DNA from: Phoronis australis
Taxonomy: Eukaryota; Animalia; Phoronida
Direction of reading: 5' to 3'
Assembly (NCBI GenBank): GCA_002633005.1
Contig: NMRA01000410.1
Location: 213,977 to 277,976 of the forward strand
Length of the DNA: 64,000 nucleotides
Shown: positions 1 to 13,410 of the stretch, one piece after another
How the letters are laid out: every line of letters begins with the position of its first letter
Position numbering within the stretch: position 1 is the first letter of the stretch
Notes under the pieces: model-generated
Databases searched by the model: none
What the model saw: only the letters and a program-made list of their open reading frames with translations
Told to the model about the DNA's origin: nothing
Position numbers and translations under genes: made by a program

Positions 1-904
1 GAAACACGACTCCAGCATTTTCTGTCAAACATTGTTTATCTCAAGAAAATAGAACCATTGCTTTGTGTTCATACGACATGTAATAATTTCATATTTTGAT
101 GAAAAAATCCTCCTACTTTTAATACTTGTTGTGACATGTTGTTTCACTATATGAGAATTTTAGATTTTAGACAACTGATGACCGATATCTAGCCAAAAAT
201 ACTGTTGATTCTTGAGAATCTGTTATACTCGTGGACGTGTACAGTGTACCCGACAGAGTGAACAATAAGAAATGGCGTGTGCTAGTGAGGTGGACGATTT
301 GCCTTCGAAACTCGAATCTTTCTCGTATTACCCGCAGTGTATTCATAATTGTCCAGGTACATGTTTATAGTCACAGTCACTAACCGAAAGCGAAGGCAAA
401 GGTGGCAAAGTCCCCCTACAACGGTCACAAAATCCAGAAGTATGATCCCCAAAAAGAGTGCGAATGCGTTGAGTTCAGAAATTCCAGTTTCGAATTCCGT
501 TTTAATGCTTGCTAAGAAGTTGAATTACATTTGTAGGGCAAGAATGGTACAATTGGTGACAGTGCAGGCCTATTGAATAAATAATTGTCGCAGTCTATTT
601 CAAAATCCGGAAATTGATTGTGCCGGAAATAATGTACTCTCGACAAGTAAATCGACGAACCCTAAAATGCGGCTATTTATAAAGATATTTAGATGAATTA
701 ATCAACAATGGCACTCGAAAGTCGACATAATGATTCTGTTTTTATTTTTGAACATATTTTTGAGAAAATATAGAATAGTCTGAAATTAACTAAATATTGG
801 CCGAGATGACAGACAACGTGTTGAGAATATTTTTTTTTAATACATTTTACTTCTAAATACACTAATATTTACAAACGATAAGATCTTTGTAAATGAAACA
901 CAGG

Positions 905-952
905 CACACACACACACACGCGCGCGCGCGCGCGCGCGCGCGCGCGCACACA
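905..952. repeat. (CA)n(CG)n microsatellite
   Basis: Run of cacacacacacacacgcgcgcgcgcgcg...cacaca seen directly. Confidence 0.95.
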
Positions 953-2409
953 TACATATCTAAATTACAGAAATTCACGGTTGGTCTAAAATAAGAGAAT
1001 ATAGATTGTGTTGAAAATCGCCCACAGACAAGTTTTCACGAGTTTTACCGATAAAATGAAATAAAATCAATATAATATAAGTTACGTTTTATAACTGATA
1101 ATTTCTAACAAATAAATTCACAACACAACTGGAAAGCACTTGCAGATGCTTTATCTCAAAGTTTGAGGCTACTGACATTGTCTCAGAAAATTTAAAAATT
1201 GTCTGGGTTTTCCGTCCGATCCCGGGGAAACTGTTTTAAATGTCGGGGTTAGTGTCTTTCGGGCTGGTTAGCTGAAGGTGAAGAAATCCTGTTTTCGACT
1301 TCGGGATATCTGTTTCACACCGTGGTACCAATTTCGATGGAACACCTTGAAATGGCAGTGTGTATTTTTTAACTGTTGGATCGCCAGAGCATCAATTTTA
1401 AGGATTGTTTTTTGCTCAAATGATTCGCGTATAGGCGCAAGCCCCTGGTTCTAAAAATACAGGCGCCTAAATACGGGCATCGACCGTAAAAATAAAGCGT
1501 TGAGTTTATCAGCGATGGAATTTTGCAAGAAATGATGTCATTTTAAGAGGCAGTCCATATAAAAACCAGTAGATTTTCAAAAATCAGTCTATACGTCAAA
1601 ATTTAAAACAACTTCATTTTTTTGTACATGGGTAGGTATCCTAACAAAAACCCAAATGCCAAATTTTGTGCACTCAATGACCCCTAATTTCGCCGCTGGA
1701 GCATGATAACACAAATTGGCACAATTGGGCATATTAGCCGTCTCAAAAATCACACGTTTTCAGCAACAAAAAGTAGTGTGTTACAAAATAGATCAAAAGC
1801 TACATTTTGGTGGCTGAATTAACCACCGTATACTATGCATAATTTTGTGCCATATATTAAAATCTGACAGTTTTGTGCTAGACAGGGGAAATAATCCACA
1901 GACCACTTTTGGGGCTAATTTTAGTGGCCATTTTTGTGACCATCTTACTGCCATAAAACACCTTGTAGCCTTATGTGACGTTTTGAACATACAGTTAAAG
2001 AGTTAGTCTTGATGACTGAGCAATAAAAAATCTTGCCTCAACTTTGCACTTTAGTGAAAATTGTCTTGCAAAAATGTCTATTTTCGTAGTTTGGAAATGA
2101 CGAGCAGAGTTCACAGACCATTTGAACAAACTTTTAGGCAAGAAGTATGCTTTAAATATTTATAGAAACCAAGTCTAAACTCTTTCAAATGAAAACGAGA
2201 TGTTTTCCGGGTTTATTACGCGGCTAGTATCAAAACTGAACCCGATGACCTTTGCCCACTGAGGGAGTCAGTTGAGGTTAAGCTTGAGGATATACAAAAA
2301 TGTACTTGTAACCCTCTTGTATTCTTTCATTTGTTTTACATTATCAGGTTACTTTAAACACTCTGTAGAACTTTTAGGTGGAAATAAATGCCTTTAAGAT
2401 TAAACGAGT

Positions 2410-3640
2410 AAGAATTGATATTTGTAATGACTGGTTTTGAGAGAAGCAAGTGCATTTTAAAAAGACAAAATGGCGGACGATGTCGATGGGCCTTCATGTT
2501 CCTTTAGAGTTTATTCTGCAAAAAATCCGATCACAAAAGCTTTGTGCTTTAATGAGTTATGTCAAAGACACCACTGAACATTTAAGATACAGGAAACTAC
2601 CTCACAAAGCAAGGCCTGTGCCAGAGTACGGACTCGTACTTCCCAGAGTCGGTGAATTTCTGACTGAACAGGACCAGTTATGGAAGAGTGAGGTAATGCT
2701 GGATGTTACCACTCTAGCTCCTCTCCTTCTGAACGTAACAGCCTTGTCAAATTCTACCGGCATTTCTGTTTCGTGATATGATTTAGTGAAAGTCAGAATG
2801 GAGAGGATCTCTGTGATCGCAAGATCGCTCCACTCAAACAACATGCAAAGTACTTTGTAGCCGAAGGAAACAATATCATCAATTTTCTGGATTTGAAAGA
2901 AGCATTACTTTCCATTGGTCGTGTGAAGGGATGCTATGTGTATGCATGTTCAGTCAATGTAACAAAGTCTTTTCCAAAATACTCAGTTCCTGGTATAAGC
3001 ACATTCCCAAATTTCCACAATTCCACCCATGGAATTCGCGTGTGGAAATCATTCAATGTAGGTGACGGTAAGTTCTTACAGATACTGAGGAAATGAGAAA
3101 CCTATTTCTCTAAAATACACTAACATTTCTAGAATGGCGGATTTTCAACACCAAGAGTTAAGGTTGACATTGTATCTAGTGAAGAGCCTCAACATTAAAA
3201 GTTCCCTTGTACCCAGCAAGGTTACTGGAAATTTTTGCTACAGACGCAGAACTAGGTCAGCATTTGGATGTGGGTAACCACAATGAACATTAACAGAGAA
3301 CAGCTTATTATTTAAAATGACTTATTCTTATTAAAATGACATAGGCAAAAAATTGAATTTCGAACCTCAAAAGCGAGGCCTCCTATATTAATATAGAAGG
3401 CCCCGCCGAAAGGCTGCCGGAGAGCGGGGCCCCTATATTAATATAGGGGGCCCCGCTCTCCGGCCTCCTTTCAGCGAGGCCCCCTATATTAATATAGGGG
3501 CCTCGCTTTTGAGGTCCGAAATTCAATTTTTTGCCTATGTCATTTTAATAAGAATAAGTCATTTTAAATAATAAGCTGTTAGAGGGAAACCACGTATGAC
3601 CACATCGCAAAACAGTGGTCAGAAATGCTTTCAGATGCAA
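2410..3640 (+). pseudogene. Frameshifted Sola3-type DDD transposase remnant
   Basis: Motifs read across frames: NAGCYHS (~2696), SESQNGEDLCDRKIAPLKQH..FVAEGNNI (~2786-2880), LKEAL..GRVKG, GISTFPNF..GIRVWKSFNVGDGK, a C2H2-like FPC..HLDVGNH, and RETTYDHIAKQW after the palindromic insert. Confidence 0.65.
3299..3580. mobile_element. 282-bp near-perfect palindromic (foldback) insertion with 4-bp AGAG target duplication
   Basis: The arms AACAGCTTATTATTTAAAATGAC... and ...GTCATTTTAAATAATAAGCTGTT are reverse complements. AGAG occurs at 3295-3298 and 3581-3584. Confidence 0.8.
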
Positions 3641-4403
3641 GAACCGGAGCGTCATTTGAGGCAACCTCACAGTAATATTTGGATGAGACGAATCCTGAAG
3701 CAATAGGTTAGGCATTGAAAAAAGGTAAAAAGTCAACAAGATTTTCAGCAAAGGCTAAGAACATTCTGAGGAACATATTCGATGAAGGATAAGTCAGGCA
3801 AAAACGTTCACCCTCGGAAGTGCCACAATGGAGAAAACATTACGAGAACCCACTGGGAAAGTGTTTACCTGTGCTGTTAAGTGAATCGCAGATTGGTGGA
3901 TTTTTTCCAAGTTGTCGGCAGCAATGTTTATGACGATGCTATTTCTGCTGAAGATGCTGTTATGTCGTCAGATTTACTGAATGAAGTGGTAAATGAGCTC
4001 AACGTTTAGCCTAGTTTTGTAGCATAACATTCAAAGATGTGTGATATTTGAAGTCGAGACCGTTACTTCTGTTTACTTGATGTCTGTCATGAATGAGTCA
4101 TTAATAAAATTGTCTCTCGTGAATTATTTTCTATTGACTGTGAATGTGTAGCTTTTTATACCACTGATGATCACACTGCTGGCAGAAATATTCAGCGTTA
4201 GGGTGCCCGGTGTGTGGGGGATGGAACAACAGGTTTCTGGCGACTGGTGTCGACTAAAATTTCTAGCAACCAGCAGGGATATTACAATATGAACCCAAAG
4301 TTATAATGACTATTTGCACTGAACACTAGGGGGCCATATCCACCTTGGGTGCATTCCTTTGCCTGTGGCACGAACAAGGCAGATAACAAGGCAGGGGTGA
4401 TTT

Positions 4404-4513
4404 CAGTAACACTAGAACCTCTCTAAAATTTATCCAAAACCACGTGTTCTCATTTAGAATGCAGAGCAATATCTCGCGAAGTTTTGAATTATAGCAAGGT
4501 ACTCGTGTTACTG
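4404..4513. mobile_element. Short MITE with CAGTAACAC...GTGTTACTG termini (related copy at 29264-29389)
   Basis: Inverted termini. The core cacgtg.tctcattt.aatgca.agcaatatctc is shared with 29264-29389. Confidence 0.6.
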
Positions 4514-6028
4514 CTCTTATTCTAGATGCGTCTTCAGTCTAAACGTAAACAAAAGCAGCGCCATCTATCATTTAGAAGCACGCATGCCTGTTGATTTACG
4601 TACATATTTTTGTAATAAGCAATAATCATCAATGATGTTTTCAGAGAATGGTAATTAATAATGCTGTCTGCCTTTTCTCCAAAATACAAGGTTTTTATGT
4701 CGTGTTTCGCAAGCTAATTATATGTTCCAAGAGCCCCCTATTGGCAGCAGAGGCAATTGAGAACATGCAAAAGGACGAAGTGCAGTTCGTGTAATGCTTC
4801 GTTCGCAAAAACTACATTAGAGGCAACATATTTTATTTTAGATTATGAACAGGTTAAGAATGACTAAACAAATTATTATAAAGTCAATTTCATGAAAGGT
4901 GCGTTATGGCTGCTACAGAGAGCCAAATTTGGCCGAAAATGGCTTCAGTGAAAACCTGAAAAATAGCCATTTTTGCCTCACAAATTCAAAACGTACAAAT
5001 TTAAAAATGGATTTTGAAAGTTATGCCATTAAATTATTCAGCCATTGCCCTTTCAATTCGTATTATTCATTTGTTTTTACCTCACCACACATGCTAGGAA
5101 AATGCATTCAAACATGCCTACTTCGACGCCCAATTTTGTTGCAAAATGGAGGTACAGGTCATAAAAAGAAAAATAATGAATGAAAATTCTTAAAAAGTGA
5201 AGTTTTTCTACATCTCAACAAACCAAACTCATGTGCTAAGTTTCAAAAAAATCGGTGATTTTGGGTATAGACTCTACCTGTTGGTTTTTATATGGAGTCA
5301 CTCTTAAAAATCTAAGACGGGTTTACATTTTTGATACTTCAGTGACTCCTGCCTTTTCTTAACTACCTTTAGTTTTTATTTACTTAGCAAGCTGGCATTC
5401 TGATGTCAGATAAAGCAAGCTTCAATCAGTTGCCAAACAAGAAATCCACGAAGGTGTGAAAAAGGTAAATATGTGAGCCAAAGAGTTTCAATTTTTCGGA
5501 ATGTCGCCCTTCGGGCTATCGCCGATCGTAGTATCGATCACGGCTTTGCCGGACTCTTGCCTGCTCTAGAAAATTCGTTTCGGATTCTCGTCTCTTCGGA
5601 TTATCGAACCAACCTCCAACTAGTTTTTGCTTGTTGTTTGCGCTAAATGGTACATCTGGATCTCGAAGAAATGTTTTGAGCCCAAGAACATCGAGCTTTT
5701 TAATAACCCGTCGTCTGCCAATACATGTTCGCCATTCCCATAGCGAACTCCAAAATACTACCCATACTGCTTTGCGTGACCGGCGGTGCCACTCGAGCGA
5801 GTGATTTTAAAACAACAAGGTCTAGGGCAAAAGAAACGTTGTATCTAGATTAAAATCTACCGAGGGTACCCGAGTATAAAAATCCGCAGTGAGGTGAGAG
5901 TTGGTTCAGCAACGATTGCAAGGCACTTCCATATTTCAATATGAACGAGTGCGTTGCCTGGAGCAGACTGCTAACTGACGTAACAGTGACCAGTATACAG
6001 TTACCGTTCGATCTCGTGCATGTCAAGA

Positions 6029-6133
6029 TTACTGACGTAACGCCCACGCTCCAAGTAGCAGACCGGTTATCAAAGAGACTTGAGCCACTGCTTCCACAGA
6101 ACTGCTGGTTGTAGCCTCAGGTGCCTCTGTGGC
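6029..6133 (-). CDS. Gene A exon 2 (last coding exon): Thr/Ser-rich segment plus GPI-anchor-type signal
   Basis: Acceptor tttttcttacag|GCC. Translates ATEAPEATTSSSVEAVAQVSLITGLLLGAWALRQ*. A paralogous exon at 53849-53953 has the same length and phase. Confidence 0.8.
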   Translation of the reverse strand, partial: ATEAPEATTSSSVEAVAQVSLITGLLLGAWALRQ

Positions 6134-7593
6134 CTGTAAGAAAAATCATAATAAAACACAAAGTTTAGTCATAAAACAATACCAAGGGATGGCGATTAAA
6201 AGTCTATGGCCTTAAATTGATTTCTATCATAATAATGAACTGAGATAGGTATCAAGTAGTCCAATCTTCAGTTGGAAAGGTTGGCCTCGAGGCGAACCTA
6301 CCGAAGCCGCTAGGGTGTTTAATACCCTCAAGGAATGACTATGGGACGCAACGTGTTTTTTTTTTCAGAACACGTGCATTGGACTCATTCGCACCATCGA
6401 CTATGGACAACAGATTCACAAGTCCGACATTTTCTTGGGTAGTATCCAAAAGGAGGCGCCACTTTCTTAATTACCTATTTCAATTTCCGGTTGGTGGTTA
6501 CTGTCCAGTACAAGGAAAAAAGAACAATTTCGGCATTGAGACGCTGTTCGAAATCTGTTAGCATCGTGAGTACTTTTGGCAATGCTACTACCCGAACACA
6601 CAACAGCCAACCATGATTCCAGGCGTTCGAATTTGCTGATGACTCAAAACCATATATATATATATATAAGTCGTGAGTGACGTCAGTGGTGATCAAGGAA
6701 CAGATAAACTCAAGCGCCTGTGGCAATGATTAGCAGACGACGTACTTGCCGGAAGTAAAACTTGGTAATTTTGCTAGGTGTCGCTAGTGAATAATGACGG
6801 CGGGCTTCTATGTTTGATCACAGATATCGTCCATTGAGTTGGCGTTCCATGTACTATTGTCTATGTTCGCACTGAACAAAAGATCACGATAGCGTTCCAT
6901 CAATGCACTGGTTACAAGAACCCTAAAAAGGTTCGCCGAAGACGATTTTCTTGCGCCAAGATGGTGTCCATGAAGTATCAGATAAAATAGGCCACTAAGG
7001 TCAATTGAATTAAAAGAATATGAAAGTTTATGACTCCTTTTTACTTTCTAGTGCATTAAACAATACAGGCTTGGTTTTGTTTGGCCTGGTAACCTGGTTC
7101 AATTTGCGTTTTAGCTGGCGAGTAAATAGGAAATATCACTTTAATATACCTTATATACTTGCCAACTGTTCCGGTTTTGGCGGGACCATCTCGTTTTTTT
7201 CGGGCTTATACAAAATCTACGTATTATGATATATTTTAGTGCCTTCCACTCGATTTTCCCTTAATTCCCCATCCGTTTCACAGCCCGGGTGTTTCTGGGT
7301 GTAGGCAGACGTTTTCCTTTGCAGTTAAGGCCTAGATCCAGATATACCTCTTTTTTATCTTAAAATGTCAGAAAGATACATTTTGTTCAGGATAAAACCT
7401 ATTCAATATAACAGTACTGTTCCCCCATAGGGCCTTGATGAGAAAGAAAATATGGAAATCACTAAAAAAGAGAATTGAAACATGAAATAAAAATGTTAAA
7501 AACAAAGCTGAGTCAACAAAGCTGGCTCAACAAAGTGAGATACCACACAGTTAAACATTACACGGGTACCTGGATTTAAAGATACCAATGCAT

Positions 7594-7930
7594 TCACTCA
7601 GACGGACATCTGAATTGAGATGATTTCACAACACGGCGCCAAAGTAGAAAAATGAATGTTTGCCAAATTAGTCCTGGTTTTATGGAGGAAGAGATTGCCA
7701 TTGGCACTAGGTCTAATATGTCTGTTTTGAACCTGACTGAGTAGCTGTCACAACGATACTCAAGTGGTATGCCATGGGGATATCTGTACACAGCAAAACA
7801 CATGATAATCTCTACGCACATCCAGTTTGAATCAGCCCACTGTGAAGTGCATACAGTCAATACTGCTGTATCAATTTCCTTGGTGACTAGTTCTTGTCAC
7901 CGTATTCTGTGACTCTGATACTGAACCATC
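7594..7930 (-). pseudogene. Possible LINE AP-endonuclease remnant
   Basis: Only weak motifs: CVEII..AVYRYP and ILDLV. Confidence 0.3.
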
Positions 7931-8239
7931 ATTACAAAAGACCCACACAACATCACAATATTCCAAACGCAACACTATAAGAGATTCAGAGAACCGAGAA
8001 ACTGGAGCTTCCTTGATCTTTTAAGAAGCCAATTTTCTGAGAAACTTTAGAGCGAGTATAATCTCATGACACTCCCAGGCGTATGTCTATCCAGAATAAC
8101 GCTCAAGTACTTCATATAACTGACTCAGGTTCCTGACAGACAAATTCAAGGGGCTATGAACTTGGACTTGTAGCTGATGGGAAAGCGCATACTCTTACGT
8201 TTATTCACATTGTGCTCTAACCACTGAGAGACATGGAAC

Positions 8240-8720
8240 AAGCTGGTATGAAGAGCACTTTCGACTTCCAGCATAAAACAAATCTGTGTCATCTGCACAC
8301 ATAACCGTTGTCAATAATGCTAACCACATTATTAATAGAAATTTTAAACGGAAGGGACCTAGAATAGACCCCTGAGGAACCCCGTAGTCGGCAGTTTAGA
8401 AATCTGGATTGTAGCCATTTGCTCATGTACACTGAGAATGCTCACCAAGATATGACCCTAACCACACACTTTCCACATCCCTGATGCCATACCCATCTTG
8501 TCCAGGAGAAATCCATAGTAGACTGTGTCAAAGGCCTTTTTCAGGTCTAAAAACATGGCACCAACAAGTTCTTCTCTATCCAGGCCGAACACTAATTAAT
8601 CATAATGGCAACTATGCATCTTACATTTTTACTGCACATAACAGTTTTAGCTTCATCGAAAGCTGAAAAGTTTAGAGGATCGTCCCGTTGGCAACTATTA
8701 TTCAATACTGCACCAATCTG
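8240..8720 (-). mobile_element. CR1/L2-type LINE reverse transcriptase fragment (in the gene A intron)
   Basis: Minus-strand DLKKAFDTV (~8520-8548), YGVPQGSILGP (~8355-8387) and ADDT (~8287-8298). Confidence 0.85.
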
Positions 8721-9474
8721 CCGACAACCTCAGGGGTACTCGACAATATTTGACCGGGGTGTAGCTGGGAAATTAGCCTACCCACCTATTCAGAGAGTGA
8801 AATCGAAAAAAGGGACACGTTTGTAGGGAGCTTCCAGAAAAAGTCACCCTTTCACAGGATTTTGTCCCAGAAACAACACACTTTTTAAGTGATAATTCAT
8901 TAACCTTACCCTTTCGTTGGTATTCTTGGACAGCAGAATTTTACCGCCATTAAGAATAAACAGTTCAAAACTAGGTGCCACGTTTTCAAAAATGGCACCT
9001 TCCAATGTGACCCCTTTGTAGGGAATTCTGTCGAAAAGGCGCCTTTTCGTAGAGAATTTTGTCAAGAAAAGCATCCTTTCGTAAGGGAAGTGGGCGTGAA
9101 AAAGTCAAAACTTCTAAGCGGCACGTTCCGTATATCTACCTTGCGGGACAGTCAACAGAATGGTTCAAATGATGCCAAGGTACATTGATTTCAGTTGCCT
9201 CATCTTTTACTGACTGCAATATTGCTCATCAAAAGTACGAGCATTACACAGATTGAACATTGAACACTGGACGCGTAAACAGGGGCCTACATGCTCCCGA
9301 CCATGATTTTCAAATAACAATGCCTTATATCAGATCTCAGGCGCGCGTGCTTGGTTTCGGGCGAATAGGGCCATTAGCTTATTTTTAATGCTTATTATTT
9401 TGAAAAATACTATGTACAATGATAAGAGTTAAGCCCAGACAGCGCCGGAAAGCATTACAACAGGCCGTCAAAAC

Positions 9475-9476
<2 letters not shown>

Positions 9477-9521
<45 letters not shown>
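9477..9521. repeat. (CA)n(TA)n microsatellite
   Basis: Seen directly. Confidence 0.95.
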
Positions 9522-10133
9522 CAATTTACACAGATGAGTGTACATATTTACACAAACGTTTACATATAAATGGAGTCATTTCATTTTCAAGGAAATGTGG
9601 AGAATGTCTCTTCACCATTAAATATAGTAGGTTTAGCTTCATATTGCAAACGTGATTATTCCATGACATTTACTGAGCGATTCAAACAGTTGCCGGCGGA
9701 TCTGAACTTAACTTAGGGTCAGTGATGAGATCGCGAGCACCAACAACTGGGACTTTCTCAAATAGTGGTGGCACAAAAGACAAGCGGCAATAATAAAAAA
9801 ATAAAAACAAATTGATTTGATGTTTGTGTCGAGCCAATCCCTACTTAGGTTATCCAATATCCGATTGTGAAAGGTTAAAAGAACGTAAGCAAAAGCTGTT
9901 TTCCCTCTGGGATTGCGCCTGTAATCAATGTAAAAAATAAATGCCAGTACCAACTTAAAGCGAAATCACGTTGCACCTCTGAGAAAAAGTACTTCCATCT
10001 GAATTATTTTGATTGAGCTTAGTAATGCGTATCTAATCTGGTTAGCATCAACTCAATGTAGTTCCAACAAAGCAATAACTAAAAGAACAATGGATTAACA
10101 CTACAGAAAAACCTCTGGGGGAATTGTTGTTAC

Positions 10134-10244
10134 CTCTGATGCACCATTGCCCGACGGTGCAGTGCCATTTGAGCCGGATGTGGTTGTTAAAGTCAATAAC
10201 AATCCGATCACTACAAAACATACAGAGCTCTTGAACGAAAACAT
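10134..10244 (-). CDS. Gene A exon 1: signal peptide plus start of a short mature glycopeptide
   Basis: gaccaagATG, then MFSFKSSVCFVVIGLLLTLTTTSGSNGTAPSGNGASE|gtaaca (phase 0). It joins 6133 in frame across a 4000-nt GT-AG intron. Paralog at 37215-37349. Confidence 0.8.
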
Positions 10245-10324
10245 CTTGGTCATATTCTGTCAGTTTCCTCTCTGTGCAGTTGTCTAGGCGATCGGTGCAT
10301 AAATGGAGCCTTCCACCGGCCCCG

Positions 10325-10460
10325 GAGGCTATATAGGATTTTAGATTGTGCATGCGCATTTGGATTTGTGATTCTGTTATGGTATTTCTTCTGACTCGTG
10401 ATTTGTCTTATGATGACACCAAGTAAGTAACAAAGACTGGTCCTCGTAACGAGGCTTCAC
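10325..10460 (-). promoter_or_regulatory. Putative proximal promoter of gene A with TATA-like box
   Basis: The minus strand reads caatctaaaatcCTATATAgcctcc about 90 nt upstream of the ATG. The flanks align with 37035-37140, upstream of gene B. Confidence 0.5.
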
Positions 10461-12329
10461 AGTGGTCACTTCTGCCAGGATTACAGTCTGGTGAAAATCA
10501 CTAATATCTTTTTATTTATTGGTCAATTGGATAAGGTCAACCGGTTCAGCACAGGCATTTCTAAGATATCCGTTTGTTTCATATCAGCATAGAATGTTGA
10601 TGGACAATTCCTCAAGCGACCGTTATCGGGGAACCAAACACGGTCAAAAATCACAGAATTAATGTGGTATTATGGTTTTAGTTACTTGTTGGCCATTTAA
10701 GTTCAGCAAGTGCCAACTACAAAAACAACACAATTTATTAACAACCCGAACATCATGAAGTGTTTACACAGCCACCTGGTGTTATCAAACTTAAATTTTT
10801 ATCATGATCAATGGATTATGATGGTTGAAAAAAATGTTACTTTAAACAACAAAACAAATAAGTGGTTTGTGTTAACCATACGTGTATTAAATCCATTAAG
10901 CTTATGATATGGCAGCAGACAGTTAAAATTTAATTTATCAAATTTCAAATCAAAAATAAAGATGCACAAATATTACCTCCTAGCTAGCTCGCTTTCTTAT
11001 CTGTTTACAGCATAAAATTACAGTTGGTAACATTTCCATTGTTTGCAGCTAAGCAGTCGGACTATGGAAATTGGAAAAATGACGATTTTGAAATTAAATT
11101 ATTGTTGTGTGCAGTAAGTGACGAATTTTGGTAAAAATACAATACGAGCCTAAAGTATTCAAATAAAATAACATTAAATTTCCCGTCCTGACCGCTGGGC
11201 AAAAGCCAAATTCATTACCAGAATAGTCTTTCGTCCGTGATCGAGAATGAATTAACATGAAAGTTAGTAATATAGCTTAGCCATTGTGTAACTAAAATTC
11301 TCCTGTGCTAACAGTTAATACCAGCAATTTTTGCTGTCCACAGAATTGGCTGTCGCGAGAGTAAAACAATATATTATCTCAGTACTTCCGTCTTGTAATG
11401 TATACATATTCAATTTCTAAAAGGCTGTAAACTACATGCATGCCCAAAAGCTCATTTTAGAACATGTGATCTCTGTGTACAAAATATTTGTAGCTTTGGA
11501 ATATGACCATGATGTTTGTATTTCTACCATGGTTTCAAAAAACATAGAGTACATAAAAAATTGAAAGCTTCATTATATATGGGAAACATCTGGTCACATG
11601 GGTTCAGAAAAATTGCAATTGTAATATTCTTAATGGTTAATCAAAGCTGACTATAAAATATAGGTGCTTTAATCACACAACAAAACACCCATCAGTTAAG
11701 ACTCTATAAGGCTGTATTACATATCATCGAATCCAAATACAGGAATTTCATTTTCGATAAATGAGAATTGACATTTTACGAAAACACCCGTGGTGACGTG
11801 TGATGGGTTAAGTAAACTGTTGATGATTCTTTAAGTTTAAAACCTCATTAAACAAAGTTGAATGCAAGCTGATCAAACATATCAATCTGTGTTACAAATT
11901 TTGAACGGGATCCGTAAGAACAAATGAGAAAAATAAGTGGACAACTTCCATTTACTTCTACCATTTATATGATTTTCCACAAAAGCAATCCATTGACTAC
12001 AGAAATATTCTAGAGATGGCGCCACCTTATTCATTTGACTTTCCAGCAGATGATGCTACTTTAAACTATTAGGACCTGCCATATAGGTTTTCATTGAAAG
12101 CTTTATTTAAATCAGTGATAAGACAACTACATTTTGAGTCTTATAATTAAGTTTCCTCAATTCTATAGTTGTCATTTCAAAACATTTTTACTTAGTTAAG
12201 ACTTCTGAAGTACTCACTGCGTGCTATTGTTTCAGGCCACTGTCAACCATCTTACAATAAATCTGAACTGCAAAGAAATACCTGAGGGTTTTTCTCTATG
12301 ACCGCACAGCCACATACTACAGACACACG

Positions 12330-13410
12330 ATGCAGGAATCCTGTCCCTTCCCTGGGTGCGCCTACGACATTGGAAGTTCAGACCCAGCTCTGGCCACCGA
12401 GCTTCTCAAAATCCATGGCCTCACACGTAATTCAGGCTCTCACAGCAGTGCAAGAGCTAAGATTGAATGAAAAGGTCAACCGACTTTCTGTCACAACTAA
12501 GATAAGCTCCGCTGACTGGAAATATTTTACCACACGGTGGCAAGAGTAGGCCTATGTCGAAGCCACAGGCATCACTGGAAAACAAAAGACTGTGCAAGTT
12601 TTAGAATGCTGTGATGAGAAATTACACAAGGATGTCTCACGCAGCACAGTTGGACCAGGTATTACGGCACAAGACATCGACACAATTATGTCCATCATGA
12701 GGAAACTTGTGCTCGATGAAGCCCCGATGGTTCCCTGGGCTCACTTACGCGTCATGACACAAGACCAAGGTGAGCCTGCGCGCGCGTTTGCCGCCCGAGT
12801 GAGAGACCAGGCAGCCATATGCAATTACAAGATCGCTTGCTCCAAATGCAACCACCTGGTCGACTACACTGACGTGATCATTGTCGACATCGTCAGCCAG
12901 GGTCTTTCCGACAAGGACATACATCTGGATCTTCTTGGATACTCAACTCATACTTGAAGAAGTGCTTCAATTTGTCGAAAATAAGAAGTCAGGTAAATGC
13001 TCAGCCAACGGCCTTGCAGGATCAGCCCTTGTCAAAGCCTCAGAAAGCACCTACAAAAAGAAACAGTGCGACACACGACCAAGCAAACGTGAGGCCGACC
13101 AACTCCCTAGCCACAACTTATGTATATACTGTGTTCAGGCTGGGCACCGGTCAAAATCTCCTTCTCGACGTGTGAGAAGTGCAATTTGAAAAGCCACGTT
13201 GCCACAATTTGCCGGGGTGGACGGCGCACCAGAAGCACAGAGAGCGGTGCCACATTTGACACTTTCTGCAACATCACTAGCATCCCCCTAGATCATTACA
13301 TCTTTGATAACGACAAGGCCATTTGGCCGAAACACATGAAAATACCTCAACCCACGATCAAACTCAAAATTAACGTCTCTGTGGATGACTACCAGTTGCG
13401 CCTATAGATT
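12330..13410 (+). pseudogene. Gypsy LTR retrotransposon gag remnant (stops and frameshifts)
   Basis: MQESCPFPGC..LLKIH N-terminus, DWKYFTTRWQE, QDQGEPARAFAARVR, and zinc-knuckle-like CIYC..AGH and CEKCNLKSH..IC. Confidence 0.8.

Larger units (their letters stand above)
1547..5303 (+). mobile_element. Degenerate DNA transposon, Sola3-like (GAG...CTC termini, TTAA target duplication)
   Basis: Left end TTAA|GAGGCAGTCCATATAAAAACCA and right end TGGTTTTTATATGGAGTCACTC|TTAA form inverted termini flanked by TTAA. The interior carries transposase-like motifs. Confidence 0.7.

Noticed and set aside
5850-6047. ORFs 5850-6047 and 53935-54126 (MGVT...NGNCILVTV) look like homologous proteins
   Set aside because: The similarity comes from the conserved end of exon 2 and the 3' UTR read out of frame. 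One lacks an ATG and they diverge immediately afterwards.
10048-10359. ORF-track 103-aa minus ORF
   Set aside because: Wrong frame. The frame conserved with the paralog is the signal-peptide exon 10244-10134.
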